A stretch of 64,000 nt of DNA from an uncultured Propionivibrio sp. (GTDB lineage: Bacteria > Pseudomonadota > Gammaproteobacteria > Burkholderiales > Rhodocyclaceae), in the NCBI GenBank assembly GCA_964485725.1, contig CAZALA010000003.1:537-64536 (forward strand), read 5' to 3'. The translations under genes and the position numbers were made by a program. Under the pieces are notes generated by a model. The model saw only the letters and a program-made list of their open reading frames with translations. It searched no databases and was not told the origin of the DNA. Shown here one piece after another: positions 50,107 through 58,392 of the stretch; within the stretch, counting starts at the first letter, position 1; each line of letters starts with the position of its first letter.

Positions 50107-51423
50107 ATGAGCGCTAAACTCTTTGAGGAATTTCGAAACAATCTTGCCATCCAAAATGCCGGGGAAATCTCGCTGCGCTATTCGAAAATAACCAAACAGC
50201 TCAATCAGAAATACTGGGATTCAGAATCGGACACCACTCACTGCCTTCAGGTCGGCTCCTACGGGCGACACACTGCCATTAATGGCGTAAGTGACCTCGA
50301 TATGGTCTTTGAACTGCCATGGGAAGTGCATGACCGATTCAAGAACAGAGAGGGGAACGTCCAGTCCCAGCTCCTCCAGGAAGTCAAAGGTGAGCTCCAA
50401 AAACTATACCCGACCACGTCTCTAAAGGGCGATGGCCAAGTTGTGGTTGTCCAATTTACAAATCATCGCATCGAGGTTCTGCCTGCCTTTGTCGAGAAAG
50501 ACGGTGCTTACAAGTACGCCAATTCAAACGATGGCGGGTCTTGGAACTGGTGCCGGCCAAAAGAAGAGATTAGCGCCGTGCAAGTTGTCCATGCTCGTTC
50601 CAATTCGAACCTGAAGCGGATATGCAAGATGCTTCGAGCCTGGAAGAACCATTGCGGGGCACCACTGGGTGGAATGTTAATTGACACCCTTGCCTACAAT
50701 TTTTTCAATTCGAATACTTCTTACGACGCGAAATCCTACGGTAGCTATCCCGAGGCGATGAGAGACATGTTTTCTCATTTCGCAAACCAAGATAAGGACC
50801 AAGAATTTTGGTTGGCGCCGGGTAGTGCATCCAGAGTTTATAAGCAGGGAAATTTTCAAAGGAAAGCCAAGAAGGCAGCCCAGAAATGTCAAGAGGCGCT
50901 GGACTCCGGCTCGTCAGCCAAGAAAGAAATGCTGTGGCGAGAAGTGTTTGGTCGGCGGTTTCCCGCTTCAGTCACTGCCGTTGCCAAATCTGCGCGCGGG
51001 GTCCGCCAGACCGAAGAGTTCATTGAGGATATTTTCCTCGGCGGGGAAAAAATACTCTTGGACGTGGTCTACGACCTTCGCATTGACTGTGAGGTCAACA
51101 CTCTGCAAGGCGCAGCGGAAGGTCACCTTAGAAGCATGCGAAAATTTTTCAATTGGCTGCCCCTCGGAAGGAAACTCAGGTTTTACGTCGCTGAGGGAAG
51201 TGTTCCGGCTCCATGCACCGCGTATTGGAAAATTCGCAATGTCGGGACTGTCGCAGAAAACCGGGATTGCATTCGCGGACAGATTGTCCTGGACGACGGG
51301 AAATTTCAAAAATACGAAACAGCAGATTTCAACGGGCCCCATTACGTTGAGTGCTACATAGTGAAGGATGGCGTCTGCGTCGCACGTGACCGCATTAGCG
51401 TCCCCCTTGGAGGCGAGGCGTGA
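50107..51423 (+). CDS. SMODS nucleotidyltransferase with C-terminal AGS-C domain
   Basis: VGSYGR.TAI.G.SDLDM, IEVLP, WREVFG..FP; C-terminal WK.RN.G...IRGQI...E...F.G.HYVECY. Confidence 0.85.
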   Translation: MSAKLFEEFRNNLAIQNAGEISLRYSKITKQLNQKYWDSESDTTHCLQVGSYGRHTAINGVSDLDMVFELPWEVHDRFKNREGNVQSQLLQEVKGELQKLYPTTSLKGDGQVVVVQFTNHRIEVLPAFVEKDGAYKYANSNDGGSWNWCRPKEEISAVQVVHARSNSNLKRICKMLRAWKNHCGAPLGGMLIDTLAYNFFNSNTSYDAKSYGSYPEAMRDMFSHFANQDKDQEFWLAPGSASRVYKQGNFQRKAKKAAQKCQEALDSGSSAKKEMLWREVFGRRFPASVTAVAKSARGVRQTEEFIEDIFLGGEKILLDVVYDLRIDCEVNTLQGAAEGHLRSMRKFFNWLPLGRKLRFYVAEGSVPAPCTAYWKIRNVGTVAENRDCIRGQIVLDDGKFQKYETADFNGPHYVECYIVKDGVCVARDRISVPLGGEA

Positions 51424-51444
51424 CCTATTCCCGGCTTAGGATGC

Positions 51445-52149
51445 CTACCCCGTGTAGCGCGCAATGCAGTCAGCGCACATCCACTCCCCATCGTCGTAGA
51501 TGCCGCCAGACATGTCTTTCCTCTGGTTGCACCATCCGCATTCGCCAAGCATTTGGCTGTTGTGACGGTCGTAAGCGGTAGAGCGCTTCGGGGGTCGATA
51601 ACCAGGTTGATTCGACGGCAGTTGCCTGGGGTCCGCGGGCGTTGAGAAACACCCGCAGTTCGGGCACCAGCGGCCGCCGTGGTGCTCTATGGTTGTCGCC
51701 CTCCCGCATCGCCCGCAGATGCTTTCGAGGTCAACGGGAGCTTCGGCCTGCGGCTGAACCTGCGGCTTTGGAACAAGCTCTTCGATACAATCGACCCGAC
51801 TGCACTTCAAGCCGTTCTTATTCAGGTGAGCCACCAGAGCGTCAAATCCCTTGTCGCCTGAAAGAACAAAGCACTCCGTCTTGGGCGCGGTCTCAATAAT
51901 TCTTCCCAGGTGAAACGCGATATGGAAGTCCAAGGCGTTCTTGCCTGAGCCCTCTATCTTCTGAAAATCAACTCGCGTAAAGCGATGGGCGGTCGCCGGT
52001 TTCCTAGCTGCCTTTGGCGGATTTTGCTGGGCGCCGACAAAGATGATGGCGCTGTAGGAGTCATCCAGGAGCGAGAGGTCGACTTTCTGCTTGTTCTCGT
52101 AGTCGACGAGGATAAGTTTCGGGTGCATGTGGCTGCCTATTGACTGCAA
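51445..52149 (-). CDS. PIN-like domain protein with C-terminal Zn ribbons
   Basis: LVDYEN, GKNALDFHIAF.LG, LSGDKGFD; four CxxC pairs; start may be ATG 52128. Confidence 0.78.
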   Translation of the reverse strand: MQSIGSHMHPKLILVDYENKQKVDLSLLDDSYSAIIFVGAQQNPPKAARKPATAHRFTRVDFQKIEGSGKNALDFHIAFHLGRIIETAPKTECFVLSGDKGFDALVAHLNKNGLKCSRVDCIEELVPKPQVQPQAEAPVDLESICGRCGRATTIEHHGGRWCPNCGCFSTPADPRQLPSNQPGYRPPKRSTAYDRHNSQMLGECGWCNQRKDMSGGIYDDGEWMCADCIARYTG

Positions 52150-52321
52150 ACACTGGGCATTATGCTCGGGTGATTAAGCGGCCGGCAATGAATTCTGATG
52201 AGCCGACCGAGAACCCGACTTAATGGCGCAACTATCGGAACCTGCAACCGTGCGAAGAGCCGGCTCGCGCCCTTGACCAGACCCGGACTGCCCCTTCGTC
52301 AGTCAGCAGCGCAAATCCTCT

Positions 52322-52507
52322 TTAAATCTGGTCGATATCGACCTCAACTGCTTGCGCTTTCTGCGCAAGGCGCTCCAACACGGTACGAGTCAACGATTCG
52401 TCCAAGTCGTCCGGGTCTGCGCTTACCGGTTTCATTGGTGCTTGCAGCCCTTCGGCCGCAGTAACCGACTCTTCATCCCGCCGTTTCTCGACCATATTCG
52501 TCTCCAA
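52322..52507 (-). CDS. Small acidic protein resembling an antitoxin C-terminus
   Basis: Ends ..VLERLAQKAQAVEVDIDQI, like StbD/Phd-type antitoxin tails. Confidence 0.4.
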   Translation of the reverse strand: METNMVEKRRDEESVTAAEGLQAPMKPVSADPDDLDESLTRTVLERLAQKAQAVEVDIDQI

Positions 52508-52582
52508 CGAAATCGCATCAACGATACACCGAACGCCAATTTCACGCTTCCGGCGTCGAGCCGCTAAACCCCTTGCGGCAGA

Positions 52583-52602
52583 TACTGTAATTATATACAG
52601 TA
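52583..52602. promoter_or_regulatory. LexA (SOS) box
   Basis: TACTGTAATTATATACAGTA, i.e. CTG-N10-CAG with TA flanks, 5 bp before ATG 52608. Confidence 0.85.
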
Positions 52603-52607
52603 CTCAA

Positions 52608-52946
52608 ATGATTATTCGACTCCATCGCCTGCTTGACCAAGGGCGCCCAATTCCCAAACACCGCTTCGCGTTCCTCGAGCCCATCGTTGCGGTGCTCAGA
52701 GTGCATGAGTCGCGAGACGATGTGCTCGACCAGTACGTGCCCGTTGCACGGGTGTATGACCCGACAACCGGGGCTCCGCTAGACGTGCCTCCGTTGCTCA
52801 ATGCACACCTCGATTTGCTGACTTCAGAGCAAATCAGGCTGTCAGGCATCGAGCGCATCGAGAATCCCACGGCCCAAGATGTTGGGCAGACCTGGCTGTG
52901 CTGGCTCGACGCGCCTGACAGTTGGAAAGCAGAACATGAACGGTAA
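52608..52946 (+). CDS. Hypothetical protein, probably SOS-inducible
   Basis: 112-aa ORF directly after the LexA box. Confidence 0.65.
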   Translation: MIIRLHRLLDQGRPIPKHRFAFLEPIVAVLRVHESRDDVLDQYVPVARVYDPTTGAPLDVPPLLNAHLDLLTSEQIRLSGIERIENPTAQDVGQTWLCWLDAPDSWKAEHER

Positions 52947-53014
52947 CTTCGTAATGATGAACGGCACGCGCCAGTCGAGTTATTCTCAGTTATTGGGCGA
53001 AAAATAGGTTCAAC

Positions 53015-53566
53015 ATGGCCACCTCCCTACCCGAAGCTCCAGTCGTGATTTTCCTCGATTTCGACGGTGTCCTGCATGCAGTCGGCGAGGCGGCGCTAGA
53101 CGATTACGGGCGTCTCATCCCGAACTCCACGCTGTTCTGCTGGCGCCCCTTGCTCGAACAACTGCTCGAGCCGCATCCGTCAGTGAAAATCGTCGTGGCA
53201 TCAGATTGGAGGTGCCATTTCGATGACCAAAATTTAGCGCGGCTGCTCGGCCCAGCACTGGGACCACGCATGATTGGAATAGTCGAGGACTACGGAGAGT
53301 CCCGCGCGATAGAAATCGTCGACGAGGCTAACAGACGGGGCATCGAGCGGTGGCTCTCCCTAGACGACCACGCCAGCGTTGCCCTCGCCCGACAAGCTGG
53401 CGAAGAGCGCTTCATCGTTTGTCACCCGGAAACTGGACTGAGCGCTCTGGACGTGCAGCGCGAACTTCGCGAAAGCCTCGCTGAGCTATGCGGCAGTCCC
53501 CGGCCAGCAAGCCCGGCCACGCCGGCGCGCCGGAAACGCAAGCCCACCGGAAAAACCCGTGAGTAA
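53015..53566 (+). CDS. HAD-domain protein (Swiss Army Knife RNA-repair-like HAD)
   Basis: IFLDFDGVLH, IVVASDWR, R..EI, W.SLDD, GL motifs. Confidence 0.8.
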   Translation: MATSLPEAPVVIFLDFDGVLHAVGEAALDDYGRLIPNSTLFCWRPLLEQLLEPHPSVKIVVASDWRCHFDDQNLARLLGPALGPRMIGIVEDYGESRAIEIVDEANRRGIERWLSLDDHASVALARQAGEERFIVCHPETGLSALDVQRELRESLAELCGSPRPASPATPARRKRKPTGKTRE

Positions 53567-53738
53567 CGCCGCGCGCCTCGCTGCTCGAAGTCGCACCAGG
53601 TGCCTCCCGCAGAAGCAGGAGGAGCCGCCGTGACGCCCTCCTCTCTCGCCTACTAAGTACTCCCCCGTCGTACGTAAATGTGCAGTCGTTGCCGACCGCG
53701 CAGGAGTCCCTTTGTCCTTTTCCTGAGAGGAGAACATC

Positions 53739-54080
53739 ATGCTTTGGCCCGTCCCCGGCGTTGTCGAAGAGCCGGATTTGTCACTGGAGAGCTGGCAAGT
53801 ATTCGAGACTAACACCGGCGAGCGCCATCTCGTCGGATATTGCATTGAGCGATGGGAAGGTCGCGCGACCTCAGCGATAGTTGCATTCGATGCCGTGAAC
53901 CGCGTGGTCATAACCAAGTCAGGCCGAAGTTACGCTTTGCGCGGTGGGCCCAGCGTCCATCCCGACGCCATCTATGTCTGGAGCGCCTGGAAGGTGGTCA
54001 ACGCCGTAACCTCGGAGACCGACATTACCGCGCGCGTATGGGATGAAATCAAGAAGGCCAGGGAGAACGCGGAGAGCTGA
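53739..54080 (+). CDS. Hypothetical protein
   Basis: AGGAG RBS; globular-looking 113-aa ORF. Confidence 0.7.
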   Translation: MLWPVPGVVEEPDLSLESWQVFETNTGERHLVGYCIERWEGRATSAIVAFDAVNRVVITKSGRSYALRGGPSVHPDAIYVWSAWKVVNAVTSETDITARVWDEIKKARENAES

Positions 54081-54120
54081 CCGAGCGGTTGCGCTTGAGC
54101 ATCTCAAGACTTACGGAAAA

Positions 54121-54153
54121 CGTATGGTAAATATGGTTGATATTTACCATACG
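54121..54153. repeat. Perfect 14-bp inverted repeat with 5-nt spacer
   Basis: CGTATGGTAAATAT-ggttg-ATATTTACCATACG. Confidence 0.9.
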
Positions 54154-54381
54154 CGCACGACCGCCCCGAAGCGGCACGGGCGAAGGAGCCAAAAGGTAAG
54201 CACCCCGTACCGGCAGTTATTTCACGCTATTTCATCCGATGTGAAATATCTTATTTTTGATGAAATAAGTTGGGATTCCCCGGCAGCGCTCTCCAGGTCT
54301 ACTACCCCCTCAACCGACTTGTTCAAATTGATATAGGCGAGCAGGTGGTCAGGCGTACTAGGTGTCCCCATGCATGCTGCC

Positions 54382-54879
54382 TTACCGGGACTTGTGCCGA
54401 AAATCCCAAGGAGGAATTGGAGCCGGTTCTGCCCACAAACCGAGGCCACTTGTTCGCGCTGTATTCTCTGCGTCCGAGTAAATTTTTCGGTCGACCATAG
54501 GCTGTTCACGCGCGTAGCGTTTGTAATGCCAAGCGAAACCTTCCGCCACCTGAGCCAAGTTCGCGTCTTGGCCATCGACAAGCACCTTACCTAGGACGCG
54601 GCCATAGCGGTCGAACTTCGTCCACTCAATAACCGCGTTATGGCCAGCGACCATCTTTGAAAGGTTTTGCCGCGACCGCTCACCGAAGGGCTGCCGCTTT
54701 TCCGGCGCATCGATGCCGGCCAAGCGCACTTTGTGCTGCCTGGTACTGCTGTCTAATACCGTCAGAGTGTCTCCATCCGCGACGCTCACGACTTGCCCGA
54801 ACAGCGTCGCGGCAAACGCGCCAGTGCATGGGCCCAGGAGGACAGCCGCTAATAACAAGACATTGACATGCAGCCTCAT
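54382..54879 (-). CDS. Secreted thermonuclease (SNase family)
   Basis: Signal peptide; DGDTL, VRLAGIDAPE, DRYGR.LG, G.AW.Y, GLW; start set at ATG 54879. Confidence 0.9.
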   Translation of the reverse strand: MRLHVNVLLLAAVLLGPCTGAFAATLFGQVVSVADGDTLTVLDSSTRQHKVRLAGIDAPEKRQPFGERSRQNLSKMVAGHNAVIEWTKFDRYGRVLGKVLVDGQDANLAQVAEGFAWHYKRYAREQPMVDRKIYSDAENTARTSGLGLWAEPAPIPPWDFRHKSR

Positions 54880-54997
54880 AACTCCACGAGCGAAAAGGCC
54901 TGATTGGCGCGTGACAAAAGTCTTGGGCCTCACTAGCGCATGCCCTACCGACGAGACGAAGATTTGACCACTAGCCGTGACCTTTCGCGGCGCGACG

Positions 54998-55279
54998 CTA
55001 TTTCAGTTGTTCTTGCAAAGGCGCCGGGCTTCGCGAGTTTTGCATTGCGGGTTCGGGGCGAACCTCAAAAGACACATTTTGATTTCCAAGCGCGACAACA
55101 CAGCGGACAAAAAACTGGAACTGAAACCGCCCGCGGTTGATTTTGTTGCGAAGTGCGGCTTCCTCTTCGTAAAAGCCCATCTTCTCCAGCCGACGAGATA
55201 GGTCCTTATAGCCAACACCCTCTCGCTCAAGCATCGATTTCAAGATGCCTGCGGCCTCTTTCGCCCAATAACCCTTCAT
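54998..55279 (-). CDS. DUF6471-like small HTH regulator
   Basis: W...A..ILK..L.R.GV.YKDL..RL...G..E....L.NKINRG.F...FF..C..ALG pattern. Confidence 0.7.
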   Translation of the reverse strand: MKGYWAKEAAGILKSMLEREGVGYKDLSRRLEKMGFYEEEAALRNKINRGRFQFQFFVRCVVALGNQNVSFEVRPEPAMQNSRSPAPLQEQLK

Positions 55280-55330
55280 GTCGGCCCAAGAAAAATGGAC
55301 GACACAGCACGCGCAAAATCTTTGCGAATC

Positions 55331-55356
55331 ATATATGATGCGTACGCATCATATAT
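55331..55356. promoter_or_regulatory. Perfect 26-bp palindrome between the divergent DUF6471-like gene and tnsA
   Basis: ATATATGATGCGT|ACGCATCATATAT. Confidence 0.8.
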
Positions 55357-55442
55357 AGAGCGTCCGTATCGAATCCTTACGTCAATAAAAACAACGGGTT
55401 GAGTAGTCACTATACATCTGAACGCGTTCTATGGGAGGTTAT

Positions 55443-56285
55443 ATGAGCAGATATGGGAAGTGGAGCGAGAAGAAAATCGCTCAGTTCGAAAAGGAAGGCC
55501 GAGGTCTCGGGACGGGTGCAACTTATCTCCCGTGGATTGAAGTAACAGACCTCTCCTCTCGCGGCGACAGCAGGCGCGTATACAGCCGCTTGACCAATCG
55601 GATGCACCACCTCCTCTCCACTATCGAATTCGATTTCTTTGTGCTTGCTGAATTCACGCCGGACATCGTAGACATTCGTGAGCAATTCCCGCTTCCCCGA
55701 GATGACACACTGTCGATAGCAGCACAACTCGGTATCCCTCACCCCATGTACCCCGGTAGCAAAGTGCCAACCGTGATGACAGCCGACTTCGTCATCACAA
55801 GAGAGCGGGAAGGCAAGCGCCGGTTTGAAGCTTACAACTGCAAGGCGGCCAGCGAGGCGAACGATGCGCGCAGCATCGCGAAATTGGAGATACAGCGCCG
55901 GCTTTTTTTATCAGACGGCATCGCCCACCATATAGTTTTCGACTCTGCGCTGCCCGCGAAGAAAATAAAAAACATCAAATGGATACGAGACGCCTCGTTG
56001 TCTGACACGGAGTTGGAGCCATACAAAGATTACTACGACGACCACTGTAGCCGACTTCTTCGGGAACTTCCCTTTGGCCGTCAAGACTGGACCTTGGCGG
56101 AATACTGCAAACAGTACGATGCCCAAACAGGCGCCACACCTGGTACCGCTCTGCGCGTCGCACGCATCCTCCTCGGACAACGACTGCTACTTGCAGACCT
56201 CAATCAGCCGGACCTCCCCTCCATGCCTGTTTCCATGTTCAAAAGACCGTCGGCGACAGGCCGCCTCATGGTAGTAGGGGCCTGA
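55443..56285 (+). CDS. tnsA: TnsA endonuclease
   Basis: EGRG.G.G..Y.PW, HHLLS..E, DIREQFPL, VMTADF, CK, KLEI; GGAGG RBS before ATG 55443. Confidence 0.95.
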   Translation: MSRYGKWSEKKIAQFEKEGRGLGTGATYLPWIEVTDLSSRGDSRRVYSRLTNRMHHLLSTIEFDFFVLAEFTPDIVDIREQFPLPRDDTLSIAAQLGIPHPMYPGSKVPTVMTADFVITREREGKRRFEAYNCKAASEANDARSIAKLEIQRRLFLSDGIAHHIVFDSALPAKKIKNIKWIRDASLSDTELEPYKDYYDDHCSRLLRELPFGRQDWTLAEYCKQYDAQTGATPGTALRVARILLGQRLLLADLNQPDLPSMPVSMFKRPSATGRLMVVGA

Positions 56286-56286
56286 G

Positions 56287-58392
56287 ATGCTCTGTCTTAA
56301 TGATGTCATCCAAATCGGTGATTCCCCGATGCGTCGTTATCGCCTGGTTCACATTAACTTCAGAGACAACATCGCGTGGCTGTATCCTCTTTTCGGCTCA
56401 AATGCATTGCCGCTGTTCGCATCGGTATCCGACCTCGAACGACAGGAACACCAGGTCGTCGCGGGAGTTGACCCAGCAATGCACATTAAGGCATCTCTTT
56501 CCGCCGTCAGAGACCGCGATGCAGCATTCGAGCGCATCAAGCCTTTAGTAGAAAGCCCCTCAATTTTTTATCCATCTGACAGAAACGCCCTAATTAATGC
56601 ACGGGCGGCCGAGCTCGTTTGCTCCCCCCGAACAATATTGCGCGCCCTCCGCGCTTATTGGGCCGGTGGGCAAACGCGAAACGCTCTCCTTCCGAAGTAT
56701 CACAAGCGAGGTCTTACGGAAGGACGTACTAGCAATCGCGGTCGCCCTCCAAAGTACGAGAAACGACCTATCTTTCAGGTTTGTGATAAAGATAATGTCA
56801 TTTTCAAAGAAGCAATTGACACAAAGTATTTGAAGTGCAAGACGGCTACTCTGTCCGGGACCTATGATGACATGGTGCGGGAAAGCTATTCAGTCATTGA
56901 TAGCGAAGGAGTTATCCAACCCAAGGCCCCCGGGGAATTTCCGTCCATCGAACAATTCCGACGTTTTTTCAAGCGCCATTTTTCGATGCAGACGGTCATT
57001 CGCAAGCGCAAAGGCGATGCAGAATTCGAACTCAATCATGCTGCAAAACTTGGCGATGCTGAACTGTCCACTTACACGGTCGGAGACAACTACGAGATAG
57101 ACGCCACCATCGCCGATGTACTACTCGTCTTCCGCCACGACCGGAGCCTCATCGTCGGCAAGCCGACGTTGTACCTGATTGTTGACTCGAAAACCTGGCT
57201 TATAGTCGGTTTTTACGTCGGACTAGAACATGCTTCTTGGCACGCCGCGCTCCACGCAATCGTTTCTATCGCCGAAGATAAGGAACAACTTTGCGCTAGG
57301 TATGGAGTGCCTTACAGGCCAGACGACTGGCCGGCTCATGGAGTGCTTCCTAAAGAATTCACCGCCGACCGCGGCGAACTCTTCTCTAAGGAAAGCAGCC
57401 GCCTAGCGGACAGCCTAGAAGTGACGGTCAGGAACCTACCGGCCAAGATGGCAAAACGGAAACCTCACGTCGAGTGCGGTTTTAAGCTTATCCAGCGACC
57501 GATGGCGGAACATATCCCCGGATATGTTCCGCCAGAGAATTTCGGAAAGCGGCAAAGAAAGCATCACGACAAAGACGCCTGCCTGACCGTGGACGAATTC
57601 ACTGGAATCATCCTGCGTTCTATCATTCGTTTCAACACCACGCCGCGAGACGATTACCCTCTTACGCCGGAACAGACTCTCATCGGGCTCATCCCCACGC
57701 CGTGCAATCTTTACAACCATGAAGTCCGTGCGCGTGCAGGAGCTCTTCCACGGTTCTCACCGCAGTACATTAGGAATGCCCTGCTGCCTCGTGATGAGGC
57801 CACCGTTAGCCGGGAAGGCATTCGCCTAGGTGACTGTTATTACTCCTGCAATGAGGCGGTGCAACGCGGTTGGTTTGAGCGAGCGGCCAGAGGCGTGTTT
57901 AAAGTTACAGTGTCGTACGACCGTCGTCTCGTCGACGAGATTCTAATTCACGATGACTCCAACCCAGGAAAGTCATTCGTTGCGACCCTGTTAGAGAAGT
58001 CAGCGCACTATCGCGGCATGTCTTTCCAAGAGATTGTCGCCATTGTATTTGAGCGCAACCGTATCCGGCAGGATGGCCGACACATTGCTCTCAGCCGACG
58101 CATCCAGTATCGCGCCGCGGTAGACCCAATGACTAAGGAGGCGCTCGCGGAGACGAGGCGAGTCTCCAAAGGCAAATCTCGGACGTCTAGGAAGAAGTCA
58201 ATAGTTGAGCAACGAGCCGCCGACTTATCACACGAACGCCAAGAAAAGGCGCTCTTAAGCCCGTTGCATATGAAAACCGCTACGGGAAACATTGTGCATT
58301 TGCCGGCCCCAAAAACATCTCCAACGGCAGGCCCGGCCAAATCAGAGCAGCGCAATTCACGTCTTATGGAGTTACTCAATGGTCGAAAGTGA
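56287..58392 (+). CDS. tnsB: TnsB DDE transposase
   Basis: YEIDAT (D), TADRGE (D), KPHVE (E); R.YW.GGQ..NALLP. Confidence 0.95.
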   Translation: MLCLNDVIQIGDSPMRRYRLVHINFRDNIAWLYPLFGSNALPLFASVSDLERQEHQVVAGVDPAMHIKASLSAVRDRDAAFERIKPLVESPSIFYPSDRNALINARAAELVCSPRTILRALRAYWAGGQTRNALLPKYHKRGLTEGRTSNRGRPPKYEKRPIFQVCDKDNVIFKEAIDTKYLKCKTATLSGTYDDMVRESYSVIDSEGVIQPKAPGEFPSIEQFRRFFKRHFSMQTVIRKRKGDAEFELNHAAKLGDAELSTYTVGDNYEIDATIADVLLVFRHDRSLIVGKPTLYLIVDSKTWLIVGFYVGLEHASWHAALHAIVSIAEDKEQLCARYGVPYRPDDWPAHGVLPKEFTADRGELFSKESSRLADSLEVTVRNLPAKMAKRKPHVECGFKLIQRPMAEHIPGYVPPENFGKRQRKHHDKDACLTVDEFTGIILRSIIRFNTTPRDDYPLTPEQTLIGLIPTPCNLYNHEVRARAGALPRFSPQYIRNALLPRDEATVSREGIRLGDCYYSCNEAVQRGWFERAARGVFKVTVSYDRRLVDEILIHDDSNPGKSFVATLLEKSAHYRGMSFQEIVAIVFERNRIRQDGRHIALSRRIQYRAAVDPMTKEALAETRRVSKGKSRTSRKKSIVEQRAADLSHERQEKALLSPLHMKTATGNIVHLPAPKTSPTAGPAKSEQRNSRLMELLNGRK

